Source: Kudoa neothunni
Lineage: Eukaryota > Animalia > Cnidaria
Assembly: GCA_964304625.1 (NCBI GenBank)
Contig: OZ199839.1
Location: 8,666,221 to 8,730,220 of the forward strand
Reading direction: 5' to 3'
DNA: 64,000 nt
The notes below the pieces were generated by a model. It did not search any database and was not told the origin of the DNA. It saw only the letters and a program-made list of their open reading frames with translations. The position numbers and the translations under genes are program-made. Below, piece by piece: positions 14,756 through 27,400 of this stretch (positions are counted from its first letter, which is position 1; each line of letters starts with the position of its first letter).

Positions 14756-16457
14756 CCTTCCGATGCCTGGACGTGGACAGAGTGTCTACTATGGTGGTTT
14801 TCTTAAAGTATAATATCCTATTTAAAGTCTCTTAAAATTTATATTTTTTGGATTTTTTTTAAATCGAATCTTTATTTCATATATTAAATTCTAACCAATT
14901 TTGTAAAGTTTAAGATATATAAATCGTGGATTTAAAAAAGTTCCGCACATGCTTGGTAGTAGACACGATGTCCAGTAAAGTGTGTTTTAAATTTACTATT
15001 CTAATAAAAGTGTTATAATATTGATATTTTACGTACCGATTCAAATACGAAAAATATTTTATATTTCTAGTTAGAGTTAGGTTAAAATGAGTTATAGTTG
15101 CACAAATTCTAAAAGGAGTGTTCATTTCGAAGCGTTTAAGAGGGCGATAGTCCTGTATATCCCGATAGTTTTCTAGATAATGCATGCATTAAATTTTTTT
15201 TCTTATTTGAGCCTAAGTATCATTTTTATGTGTATTCAATTGAGACAAGGTATGTCTACAAATTATCGTGGACTGTGCGATTATCTAGTCAATCACGGAG
15301 TTATTATAGTTTTTTATATTTTCCCAGATGTTTCTAATACATTCTCAAACTTTACCGATACGTCTATGCTATTCTCCGTTATTCTGGAATATTCCACGCC
15401 ATTTTTTAGATAAAACGGGACTTTCATTTCAAAGGAGGTCATCAGCCTAACAATAATTAATGGCTAGGGTTTTATGTTTATTTCGTCAGAAGATTCTGAT
15501 ATAAGTTGATGCAAAAATATTGAGGAAATAGACACAATTATTGATGAGGACGATAACCTTGATTTTGACGGCGATATAGAAATCGACGACTCATCAATTC
15601 TTAAAATATATTTTATATAAACTAAGTTTTCACATCAGTGATTCCTAACCGGGATTCAACCGAATCCTTAGGGTTCAGTAAGCTAGTGCCAGGGATTTGA
15701 TGGACGTGGAAATTTCTTATTTTCATTTAATTACAAAGACTGCCACGATGACTAAAAATTATTTTAAAAAATTAACTTTTTCATTCAAATCATTTATTTT
15801 TTAAACTGAAGAATTAATGAAGTTTTTTTCTGGGAAAATTATTCCAAATTTTTACGATACATGTAAGTATATAATTAATTTTAAACTTACATTTATTAAT
15901 TCGCACGTCAATAATTCGTCCATTCGTGTATAAATATTTATTCTTTATCTGAAGTCTTCATAGAAAGACACGGGAAAAAAGTTATTCTCCTAGAAAGGAG
16001 GGATTGAAAATGTTGAGATCAACTGTATTATACAACATAACAGACGCAGCATCACACAATGTATTTCAATGCATTTCAATCGCATGGGACTAGGTCCCTC
16101 AATTTCTTAGTTGAAACAATCTCTAATACAAAAAATAATTTCTAAAACAAGCTATCAATGGAATTTTTAGAAAAATTTAAAATAATTATACAAAATAACG
16201 GTGAAAAGACAAACGATGGGCCCAGAAAATGGGGACATTTTAGTGTTTCTAACTGATCTCCCATTAAACGATGCCGCATAAATTGCAGTAGATGCGGCCA
16301 ATCCACTTGTGACGAACAGGGAATAAAGTTAATAAATTGTAAAACATGTTTCACTAGATAATTCATTGTTCGCTTATACACTTCAACGACTGCTTGGGGG
16401 TGGACACAGTGTCCATCTCCCGGCATGCGCGTAAGTTTTTTCCTGAGTATCGGAGTG
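14756..16457. mobile_element. Internally deleted piggyBac-like element (~1.7 kb)
   Basis: TTAA on both flanks (14752-14755, 16458-16461). Termini CCTTCCGATGC versus reverse complement CACTCCGATAC. Subterminal inverted repeat 14941-14975 versus 16400-16435 with a GT(G/A)GACA...TGTC(C/T)A palindrome. Acidic coding remnant near 15510-15595. Confidence 0.65.
15636..16025. mobile_element. Nested hAT/Charlie-like MITE
   Basis: Starts CAGTGATTCCTAACC and ends GTTGAGATCAACTG (CAGTGGTTCTCAAC-type TIR). The 8-bp TSD is not preserved. Confidence 0.45.
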
Positions 16458-16770
16458 TTAAATAATTTTTTCTCTTAAATTAGATTTCTAACGATGATTT
16501 CGTTATTTATTTAAAAAATGGTATGCTTGGCTACAATAAAATATTTGCGCATGTGGATTCGCCTAAATCTTGTTTGAGTTGTTTGTGAAGGTTTAATTGT
16601 TGTTAGCGACCTAGCTAATGGCTTGTGGTATCATAGAAAAAAATTAGCGTCGCGTCTATATCATGTTATATCGTGTACTCTTTATGATTACCTTTAAAAT
16701 GAAAACTCGATTTTTTGAACGTAATAAAATGGCCTACTCAAGGCTTTAGTCTACTTGGCTGGACAAGGAA

Positions 16771-16799
16771 ACCCATGCGAAGCGGGTCTTTTGCGCTAG
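16771..16799 (+). mobile_element. Helitron-like 3' terminus
   Basis: GC hairpin ACCC(AT)GC-GAA-GCGGGT followed by TTTTGCGCTAG|T. Confidence 0.55.
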
Positions 16800-19700
16800 T
16801 TTTATATAATGTAATGTCAAACCAACTGGTAAAATAAAATACCATAAAAATTAAAAAACACCTTTATTTATAAATTTTCTCCCAAAAGTATGTACTTTGT
16901 AACATATAAGGCTTAAAATATAATCATTATTTTTACAAATACGAGAAAACATTGAACATCAAACTAAAAGATCGTACACATCTTCAGAATAAACTGAAGA
17001 ATGAAATGTATATTTAATACTATATTACTGAATTCCTACTTTCGTTGTTTATTTTATTTTGTATAATTAACTTTCGTTAAGAGTGTTTCTTTAAAAACTA
17101 ATTATTAAAAGATTTTTTTGGACAGATATTGAATGCAATGAATATAGAAAATTTATTGCATTGTCGCTATAAAAATTTAATGATAAAAGTTTTATGATAA
17201 AATTATTATAACTTCTTTTATAGTTGATATAAATTACCAAAAAAAATTTATAAACTAAAAACCACATTAAGTTACGCCTTAGTTAAATTAAAACATCTTC
17301 ATGCTAATTTTGGATAGAATAAATCTGAAAGTTATGTTTTTAAAATACGAAGTCAAGATTGAACATTTACAAACTTATTACTAACAGATACAAAGAAAAA
17401 AAATTCAGTGAACAATTCACGACTTCGAATTTATTAAAATTGTAGAGAAATAATAATTTTTTTTATGTATTTATCAACAACATAGAGATTCCACGTGAAT
17501 CCGAATGTGCTCTACTTAAGATTTATTTTCAGCTTATAGGTTAATTCTTTTTGATCCAAATTTAACTATACAATGTAATTTTTGTGATAAGAACAAAATT
17601 GAAAAAACTTAAAAAAAAGAGTGAATTAATAGGACGAATTGTAGGAAACAATTTTATTTCCGATCTTGTATACGATATCGCCCGAAGTTCTACACAGGTA
17701 CTGTAGTTTAGCTGATATTTTAAAAGAAATAAAATAGTTTATTCCAAAAAATAATAAAGTGCTGAATTTTGATGAGAAAATTTCTCCAAACATTGATATA
17801 AAAAATCCACTATGAACGAACGAACGAATCACACAATCTTGTTAATGCATGGACTTAATCTCTTCGAACTAGAGGGTCCTCCACCCTCGATTTTTTAAGC
17901 CCTATGTGAGGATGACATGCTTATATCGATTTTTCACACGTAGGAAGGTACCGCATGTACGTTGTTGACTATTTATTCATTATTTACTCAATAGAATTTC
18001 CGTAAATTTTTAAAAATGACATTTGTCGATATTTTAAATAATTTTATTTGGAAGGTGTTTTTACATTGACTTTTTTGGTATTTGGCAAAAAGAATATCAA
18101 TTCATTTTTCTGAAAGCTTTTATAAAGATAAAAGATTACAAAAACTGGAGAGGAGTTATGTTCCATTAGTACGCTATAATGTTGGCAAAATTCACTTGGG
18201 TAGAAATCTACCTCATTTTACTTAGAAAGTTCAACATTAACATTTTTTGTCCTACTTGTTGTCATTTTCTTCTAATATTATATCTTTATATACATTAAGC
18301 CATCCTTTGACACTAACAAAGTCATTAGAATTTAGGGAGAATGTTACTTGTTAAACTTTGCTTTATTCTTGTAGTCTGGAAATATTTTCCACGTTTTAAA
18401 TTATACTTGACTTCTATAATATTTTCATTAGGTAAACAACTGATATTTCATATTTCGTTGTTACATTTTTTAAGTGGAAAATTTACTTGTGCAATTATCT
18501 TCAAGTTAAAATCGATTAAAAGTAAATTTACGGAATTAAATGTCATATAGTTGTATAATATTTATTAACATTAACATTTTGGAATAGAAATTACATGTGA
18601 AATAAAAGTGGTGTCTCGTATATATGAATTTTTGATTATAAACAAAGTTAACTATTTTTCTTACCTGTATAAGTAATTTTATGTTCATTAAATTTAGAAC
18701 TCGAATGTTATTGTATAGAGTGTGAAGTGTTTGTATACCTGAAGATTTTGTATTTAAATATGAATTTAATGTCAAATATTTTTTGTCACGTCGAAGGATT
18801 CATACTTAACACTGATAGATCAAAATACTGAAAATAACATAAACAAGTGTAATAATGTGTATTGGCATGATTGACATACGCGAAAATTTGTTTAAGAAAT
18901 TATTAGCTCAAATCAAAAGGCTGATGTTTGAAGAAATAATATTCAATGATTATTTTTAATTAAGTATATTTTAATATTTATATAAAATTTTTAGATAATA
19001 ATAAGCTTATTTTGAAAAAATGAATTCTAACATAAAAATCGAACAATATAATTGATTGAAAGTAATAGATTAAACATCTTGTGAGTTATATTTCAGGTAT
19101 ATAGCTTGTATTTTGGCATTTCCTTAAGCAATTCGTTTATTTTTTCCTGGGACTCACTAAAACCGAAACAATAACATTAATTATGCAGTTAAAACATTAC
19201 TAAATTTCTTTTTCTTCAAACGAGCCGAAAGAATCCCCTTTTTTGTGTTCCATTCTTCTGTGGTAGTTCTCATCCTTCTTATAAATCGATACAAATATAT
19301 TGTTAATTTGAAAACAATGTACGTTACTTTGATAAAGTAATATATTATTAATTGTTTATAAATAGTATCCTTATTTAATAAATAAAACTATTACCTTATT
19401 CGAATATTCGCATAATCGAAATAGTTCCATCACTACAAGAAGTATATAATAGTTGACAAAATAAAAGATACATGATAGAATTATAATAATATTTAAGATA
19501 ATATTCATTTTTATTTAGATTGGTTTATCGTATAATAGCTGAATCAATTATTTCCTTATTGTTCCTCACAGAGAAAAATTATTCCTGATGTAATCCTGAT
19601 GCTTTCAAAGGTACCGTGGTGAAAATTTTTTAAATTCTTCTCGCGATAATCTACATATATCAGCTATCAAGTAAGCATTTAAAATACTGTAGAATAACAT

Positions 19701-22700
19701 TTTAAATTGAAGGTACAACCAAAGAGTTGATTATAATAACGATCCTTTTAGAGATTACCCTAGTTAAATTTGAAAAAGTAATGTTTTGGAACAAATAAAA
19801 TAACAGGTCGTAGAAATTTTACTTGAATTTTACTATATGAATAATTATTTTTAAATAAAAAAAAATAATAGAAAATATAGATCTGAGAAAAATACTTTAT
19901 TAATTTTGATAAATCTTAATTCGGACAAAATCGGGAAATCTCATAATTCGTATTTTTTAATTATTAGAGTTTATGAAATATTTTAATATTGCTAGTTTGA
20001 ATAAATAAAGTAACTTAAAAGGTACGAATAGGGAAGCACCGGCTTTAATAATTAAATTATCTATTACAATCACAAATGTAACGCTGGCGTCGCGCTAATT
20101 AAAAAATAAGATTAATTTACAATCATTAAATTAATAAATGTATTTACTTTTATAGTATAAATTGCAAATATTATTGAAATGATTCTTTCACCGTCCACCG
20201 AATAACGAACAAATTTCTACGTGCGAATTACATAAAATTATTTCAAATAAAAAATAAAATTTAGTAATGAAATAATTGGATAAAAATAATTTTAAGCAAA
20301 TCCAATAAATCCGACGAATTATAATGAACTTTGGGACTACTACGCGGACACTTGATGCTGTGATTTAAAATTCTGTGACACTATGAGATCCAATGGGCTT
20401 TTAATTATTGATTTTGTCTGCTTGGATATTAACGTTCATCCTTTGAATTTTTTTCGTAGCTATTTACTCGTTACGAATCATATCAAGAATTAATTTATCT
20501 CGATGTTCTCTGATCGCTGTATTTTCTGCAAACAATAATGATATTATATTTTCTATTGTGGCATTTTGTTGTTCGGTCTCTATTTCCAGTAAAACCTTAA
20601 ATATGTTTGTTATACAGGATGATGGTTCATTAAAATATAAAAACCTCTACAATATTCTTATTTTTAATGTATTTTACAATATATTAAAATTAAATTTCAT
20701 TATATACTCGATTTTATTTCTAAATTCTGATAATAAATGATATAAATAATTTTGATTCTCCAATTAACATTATCACACAAACTATTAAAAAATAAAAATA
20801 TAAAAATTATTTTCAAAGATACACAAACATACGAAATATTGTGCTTTTAATATCATCTCATAGTATATTGGAATCCTTTTATAATTTCTGGCAGATTAAT
20901 ACACTATTTTTAACTTAATATGGATCCTATTCATGAAAATATAATCTACACATCCTAACTATATTTTTTTACTATCCTTATATGCCAACCATATTATGTA
21001 TAATAGACGAAATAAATGGTTTAAATAGTTTATTTAACAAAACCACAAATAATCATGAAGATGAAATATTATACTTAAAATATTAATTTAAATATACTGA
21101 ACCTACGCAGATAATTAAAAAGCAAGAGTGATAAGTCAAAGTAAAATTAATGAAAAAAAAATTATTATATAAATATTATTAAAAAAGTTAAATACTAACG
21201 TTAAACTCGATTGAAAATTATCAACATTTACGTGGGTCATCAGATATTTTTTCGAAAAATATGGGTCACAGAAAATAAGAATAGCCAAGTTATACATTCA
21301 TTATGATTAAATGAAACATTATTAGGATTCTCTAAGACGATAAAACAATAATTCGGAACAATTTTATCAAGTGTCGCTTTTCTCATATTGATTTCTAATT
21401 CTGTCAATATCGAAACGAACGTTGATCATTTCGTTTTGGTTTCTAAAAGTGTAACAGGGATAAACCCGGCTATCAGAGATTAAACAGAATGACAATCACC
21501 TTATCATGTAGGCAAGAAAAATCTCGATATGATTTGTGTAAACAATCTATCAAAACCCAAGTTTAGCATAAAACGTATTATTATTATTATTACTATTCAA
21601 ATGAATAAGATACTTTTTTGATGGGATCTTGCTCTTGGGATTTTTTTAGTCGTATCTGTTGGACAGTGATATCCAAAGACTTCCATTGTGTTTCTAGTTG
21701 GTAGTAGTAGTCAGTGAGCTAAGAGAGCTGCTGAATCACCACCTCAAATAATGTGTCGAAACAATATACTTTTTTCAGTGTGATTTCTTTTCTCGTTAGA
21801 GCCATTGTTTTTCAGTATCTATTGACCTCGATCTTAATCTCTAATATCAATTTAGCACTTTTGGATTCGTGGAAAAAGATTCAGTATTCATAAAGATATC
21901 GGATGGTGTTAACCAATACATATTATCCAAAATAAGCCTACAACTAATTAGGTGTTTATTAGAAGTCCCTCAAAATCAAAGATGATATAAATGTAATCAT
22001 ATACACGGTTCTCTAATGTTTTGTATACATGTTTAAAAGTAGATTTTCTTCAAAATTAACTTTTATAGCTATATAGGCCGGTATAGAATCAAATAAAACT
22101 TTAAAATTATATATCGTTTAAGTTATCTCTAATTTATGTCATTATATAATTATGTAAACCATGATGAACCCAAAATACATTGATCTTACTAAAAATATTA
22201 TTCCCTTTGTAATATATGTTTTGGTTCAAACATAATTTTCAACTCATCTTAAACCAGACCAAACAGTCCTTCATTCAAGTTCAATCAAACAGCACGTAAC
22301 AAATACACGACTGTGATTTAATTCCATTGCGAATTATTAAATTTAATTAACTGAATTTTGACTCTTCAATGACATAGATGATAATGCGACAGTTCATAAA
22401 TACTTTTAATATTGACTGGAGTTGGGGTTGAAATATATTTAATTATTTGTTATAAATGTCATTAACTGAACTATATATAGTTAGTTTGAAATGTTTACTA
22501 AAACTTAAAAAGATTTACAATCACTAATTCTAATTGATTCGCGATATTATTTTATTTTTCGAGTAAGCAGTTGATAAATAACATAAAAAATATCAATTTT
22601 TTCGACTATAAAAAGGTTATTGATATAATCGCCACAAAAGCTTTTCTATAGTATAATTTCTAATAAGCCTACATACTAAAAAAACTAATTTAAACTTCCA

Positions 22701-22814
22701 AAACAACCTATAAATAATATTATCTCAAACCTATTTAAGCGCCTTTTGTCATCAATCAAAGAACACCACAAAATATTAACACAAAAATATACTATAATAA
22801 AAACCATCAATAAA

Positions 22815-23674
22815 CTATCTATTTATGATGCTTCTAGAATGGAAAAATAAATATTGAATTAAATAATAAATCATATTGAAATACTTTATAAAATTGATGG
22901 TTTTAGTATCAGGTAATGAATTGAACTTGTGTCGAAAATGAGCTAGCTTTCTTGCATTATCCTCATCACTGCTCAACGAGTTAAGATCAGTGGCATTCTA
23001 TAAAATCAACGTAGAACTCAACCATTGTGTATATCTGAATATTACAGTTATAGTGGAGCTGGTTCTGCTACTAAAATCCATTGAGGAACTAGCCTCGTTC
23101 GTTTGTTGGTTGATTTGTGCCATCTAATAAAAATAAAACTGCGTCCAAAAAATTGACCAACCTTGTGATTGAAATGAATGAGTTTTTGGATGTAGTTGCC
23201 TTGGTGTTGCAATAAAATGTTTTGTTGTTTTGATATTTTACTCAGTAGATCATTGTAACTAGGTAAGAGATTCTAGTTCAATATATATCAAGTGGATGTT
23301 GTAGCATACAGTGCAATCTGTTTTTCTTTGTAAACGATTTCGTTGTTTATCTGGATCTAAACATAAATTAAATGATTATAACAACATTAACGTCTCATAT
23401 ATTTTTATACTTTTTTTAATGGCTGAAAAGTAGTGTTTTTATATTTTTCTGATAGATCGATGACGGATTGTTCTAATTTGGATATTTCCACGTGAATTTT
23501 ATCACTCTCTTTCAACAACTAAGACCAATTATTCAAGATATTCAAAAACTAATTATTTACCTTTTTATATGCTTTGTAGAACTCAGAAAGATGATTTGTA
23601 TCCGTATCACTCTCCATTAACTTGTCGTTCTTGGTTGTAGCTTTTTTAGCAATAGATTTAAAAATTGATGTCAT
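22815..23674 (-). CDS. Hypothetical coiled-coil protein (~190 aa), 7 short exons, absent from ORF track
   Basis: Consistent GT-AG splicing gives MTSIFKSIAKK...FYKAYKK|LLKESDKIHVEISKLEQSVIDLSEKY...PLKK|IQINNEIVYKEKQIAL|YNDLLSKISKQQNILLQHQ...HFNHK|MAQINQQ...TIT|NATDLNSLSSDEDNARKLAHFRHKF...|SIINR*. Hydrophobic spacing is heptad-like. Confidence 0.7.
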
Positions 23675-23953
23675 TGTTGGTTCGATTTGCAATCTCAAGT
23701 CTATAACTACTCAACAATACTTCACACATCAATAACTGTCATTTACAAGGCACAAATAATTTACTTTTCTTTCTTATTCAAAATACAACTGCTGATGGTG
23801 GTGTACTCGCTGACTATCTTTCAAAAGATGCGGTTGCGACTATGACAACAAGTTAAACAACCATTTACACAACAATGTTTAACATTAGCTTATTGATGAT
23901 AACACCATCTCAACCGACAAATATCAATACAGCCCACTACATCCTGAGGGAAA

Positions 23954-24345
23954 ATGAATGGTTGCTTCGATAAGTGGAGTTAATAAAGTGAGAATCAACA
24001 CCGAGATCCAATTATTGTAGAATTCAACTTCAAGTACTCAAGCTAGAAAAATCTACTGTTTGGTAGACTAACTTAGAAAGAGTGCGATCGGTGAGAGAGT
24101 TGTTTAAAACCTTTTTATTATGCCCTGACGGTACTCTCCCAGGTCAAACAACAAACAATCAAACTTCTCAAATTAGTTGAAACCACTCTGATTAAAGATT
24201 ATAGATTATTAAAGGATGACGGTGATTCTTTTCGCTGATTATCTCCCCAAAATACAATCTAGAGCCAGCCTTGTCAGCAAAGGGACCCCCTGTAGACTTC
24301 CAATTGGCGCTTAATATTATCGAGGGAATGTTTAACAACATGTAA
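23954..24345 (+). CDS. Small hypothetical spliced protein (~70-80 aa); 5' exons uncertain
   Basis: In-phase GT-AG exons 24067-24090 (TNLERVRS), 24143-24221 (VKQQTIKLLKLVETTLIKDYRLLKDD) and 24263-24345 (EPALSAKGPPVDFQLALNIIEGMFNNM*), with AATAAA at 24371. The start at 23954 is a best guess. Confidence 0.5.
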
Positions 24346-24444
24346 CAAGCCATAATTAAACAAACACTCCAATAAATAATAAAAAATTTTATTGAACAAG
24401 ATAAATAAATTATTTCAATCTATGTAGGAGGAAGTTGGGAAAAG

Positions 24445-27400
24445 TTAGTTCTCCTTTGAGGCGGCATCATTGGCATTTTTATCAGCCACCCAAAGACCCG
24501 AATCAATACACATTTGCATGTAACGATTGGCGTCTTCGATTGGCATGTTAGAAAGCGTCTCTTTCAACAAATCAACATCTCTACTTTCAAAGCATTGTTG
24601 AAGTTCCTATTAAGAAAAATATCAGTTGTTAAGTTCAAATGATCATAAGATGATCAATCGATAGATAGATAGATAGTGATACTTCAGGAAGCTGTTCAAA
24701 TACTTCGGTTGGATCCAGTCCACCAGGACCAAGTCTCTGTTCACGTTCTTCCTAATATCCAAAAACAAAGTCCACGAAATCGATCATGATATGCAACTAC
24801 CGCTTCCATTTTGGCAATCTCTTCCTGGATGCGTTCCTTGGCTCGATTTTTAGCCCTTTCTTGGAAACTTTTAAGCTCATCATTAAAGTATTTGCTGTAT
24901 TCAGGAAGATTTTTGTTCATACTATGCGACAAAATACACATGAAAACTATCCTATACGTGACAATAATTACTTGGAATAGAAATCGTTGACCAATTTATT
25001 TCTGGGAGCGTTGATATTTTTGGCCAACTCCATTAGAAATTGCATCGAAATGGCTTGTCTGGTGACCACCTCAAAAAGCGCCCATTTCTACAACAATGTG
25101 GTGAATCAACGCAACTTTACTAATTCAACAGCTACCTCTTCAACCGCCAAATCAATACACCATAAACATAAAAAGCTCGCGCTGTGTTCCGAAAGCAGAC
25201 CAAGATTGTGCAGTAAATAGTCCCGACTTTCAGCGGTATCCGATAGCATTCCAAAAGTTTCGATTTCTTTTTTGTACTTATCCACAAATTCCTACCACCA
25301 ATATCAAATCAACATCACATTGACGCGGCTAATATATCCTCATGTTGATAGATTTGAAACATACAGTAAGACCTTCGTATTCGTCCTTTTTCTGTTCAGG
25401 TTGGTCTTTGGACGAATTTATTATCTAAACAATTAATATATTAATTAAAATCAATATAAGATCAAATAAAAATAATGTCAACTAATATTCAATAATTAAC
25501 AGATTTCAATATTAAATAGATTAAAAACTTATTTTTGAAATCGCGTTTATTCGAAAATAAGACCTAGCGTGATTTTTAAGACCCCATATAATATATGACC
25601 TAACGATATATTTAGTTGATATTTTAAATACGACCGGGCATTGTTTCAGAGTATCTTGGTAGTGATTATTCGACAGGATCTTGACTAACAAACTATAGTT
25701 ACAACAACAATGATTAACTACATTTCCTTTTAGAGTGAAAGTTAAAGTGTTATTATTGCGTAAAGATAAAACACATTATTTAGATAAAAATATTGTATTT
25801 TAGCAATAATATCAAAAATTGTAATATTTTGTTAATCTTATACATACTAAATGTACTCTCATTATTGTAGTCTTGTGCGCTAAGTGTAAATAAACTTATA
25901 AATAATTTCATAAACAACGTTATCTATCGTGATAAAAACAAGTTTTTGTTATAATAAATTTTCTACATTATTTTTTAAGATAATCACTCTGGTTTTAGGC
26001 AGAAATACAAGACTCGGTCGTTATTTTTAACGTAAAATTAATATAAGACCGGGTCCTATTTTTGAGGAAACGCGGTATGAACATTAGATAATTATCGAAA
26101 TATTTTTTCTATAAAATCTCCATTTTCGTTAATTATAATAATAATAATAATTAAAACAAAGAGTAAACAAAAAAGGAATGATTATAACACAGAAATTTTG
26201 TAATAAATATACAATATTTATAAAAAAAGTAACTCTGGAGTAGATTTGAAATTTCCATTAATTACGCCAATGTTAAAAAATACCTAATTATATTTAATGC
26301 ACAATGATAAAATAGGATTCAGATTTTATCGAAATCACTCACGGACCCCTGGATTTGTCCACTAACTCCAGATTAAGAACCACTGCTATAAGTTATATAC
26401 ATTGTTTATCTTCTAGCTAAATATTCATAATGCACAGATGCACTTGCAAGAAATGAAAGAACTACAATCAAAAATACAAATAAGCGATTAATCCAACGTG
26501 TCGAGTACGCATTCGAGATGTTCATTTTTAATGGAGTAACCCCTTTTTATAGTTGATCTATAAAGTTTATTTTTTTAGACTCTATTGCATTTAACTCTAA
26601 CGGATTTGGGGTTTGTGGGGGACTCCAGCGCCGTATTATATTGCCCATCCAAATTTTTTCTAATATACGTTCAAGTCTGTAATCTTGGCTATTCTTCTAT
26701 ATTTATGTAAAGTAAATATTGATGTATTTTGTAGCTTATAACTGCTATTACATAGCAAGAAAATAAAAATCCATCCTCCAACGGATTTTGGGGTCTGTGG
26801 GACTCCAGGTTTTTTTTGCTTGATCTGATTGAAAATTATGAAAATGCGATCTTTGAAGTATTAAGTAATTCTATCGTCGAAATATCAAGAAAATCGTTGA
26901 TCACTGTACGAACTAATCCTTGATAATTCGGTGCGGGAAGACTGTCGCTGCACCGGCATTGTAACGTGCTATAATCGCAGCTTATAAACTAGAAAAATGA
27001 GTTACTTTAAAAATATTCACTTTATTTTTCATAATAACAAAATTTTGATAAGTAAAGTTAAATTTTTGAAGCACTATAGTGTTTCACTTAGTACATCTTT
27101 CATTTTTATTAATAACTGATGTATTTGATAACGAATTCCAATATTTCAGTAACGATTTTGGTAAAACAACATTTGAAGTTTCTAAATGTTCGAATGAAAT
27201 ACCAGGAATTAAGTTATCAATAAATTCTACAAACAACAAAATCGGAGTAATTTTATAAATAAGCCATCATCTTCAAGAAATTCAGTTTAGAAAATTATGG
27301 AATGTAATCCTATCCCAATTGCTTTTTGTTTTTAGAAGGCCCAGAATACATTTTGGGTGGTTTCAATGTATTTTTTGCTGTTACAGTTTTGTCAGGTGAT

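Noticed and set aside
21600-21960. Possible GIY-YIG/Penelope remnant on the minus strand
   Set aside because: Motif similarity is too weak to support.
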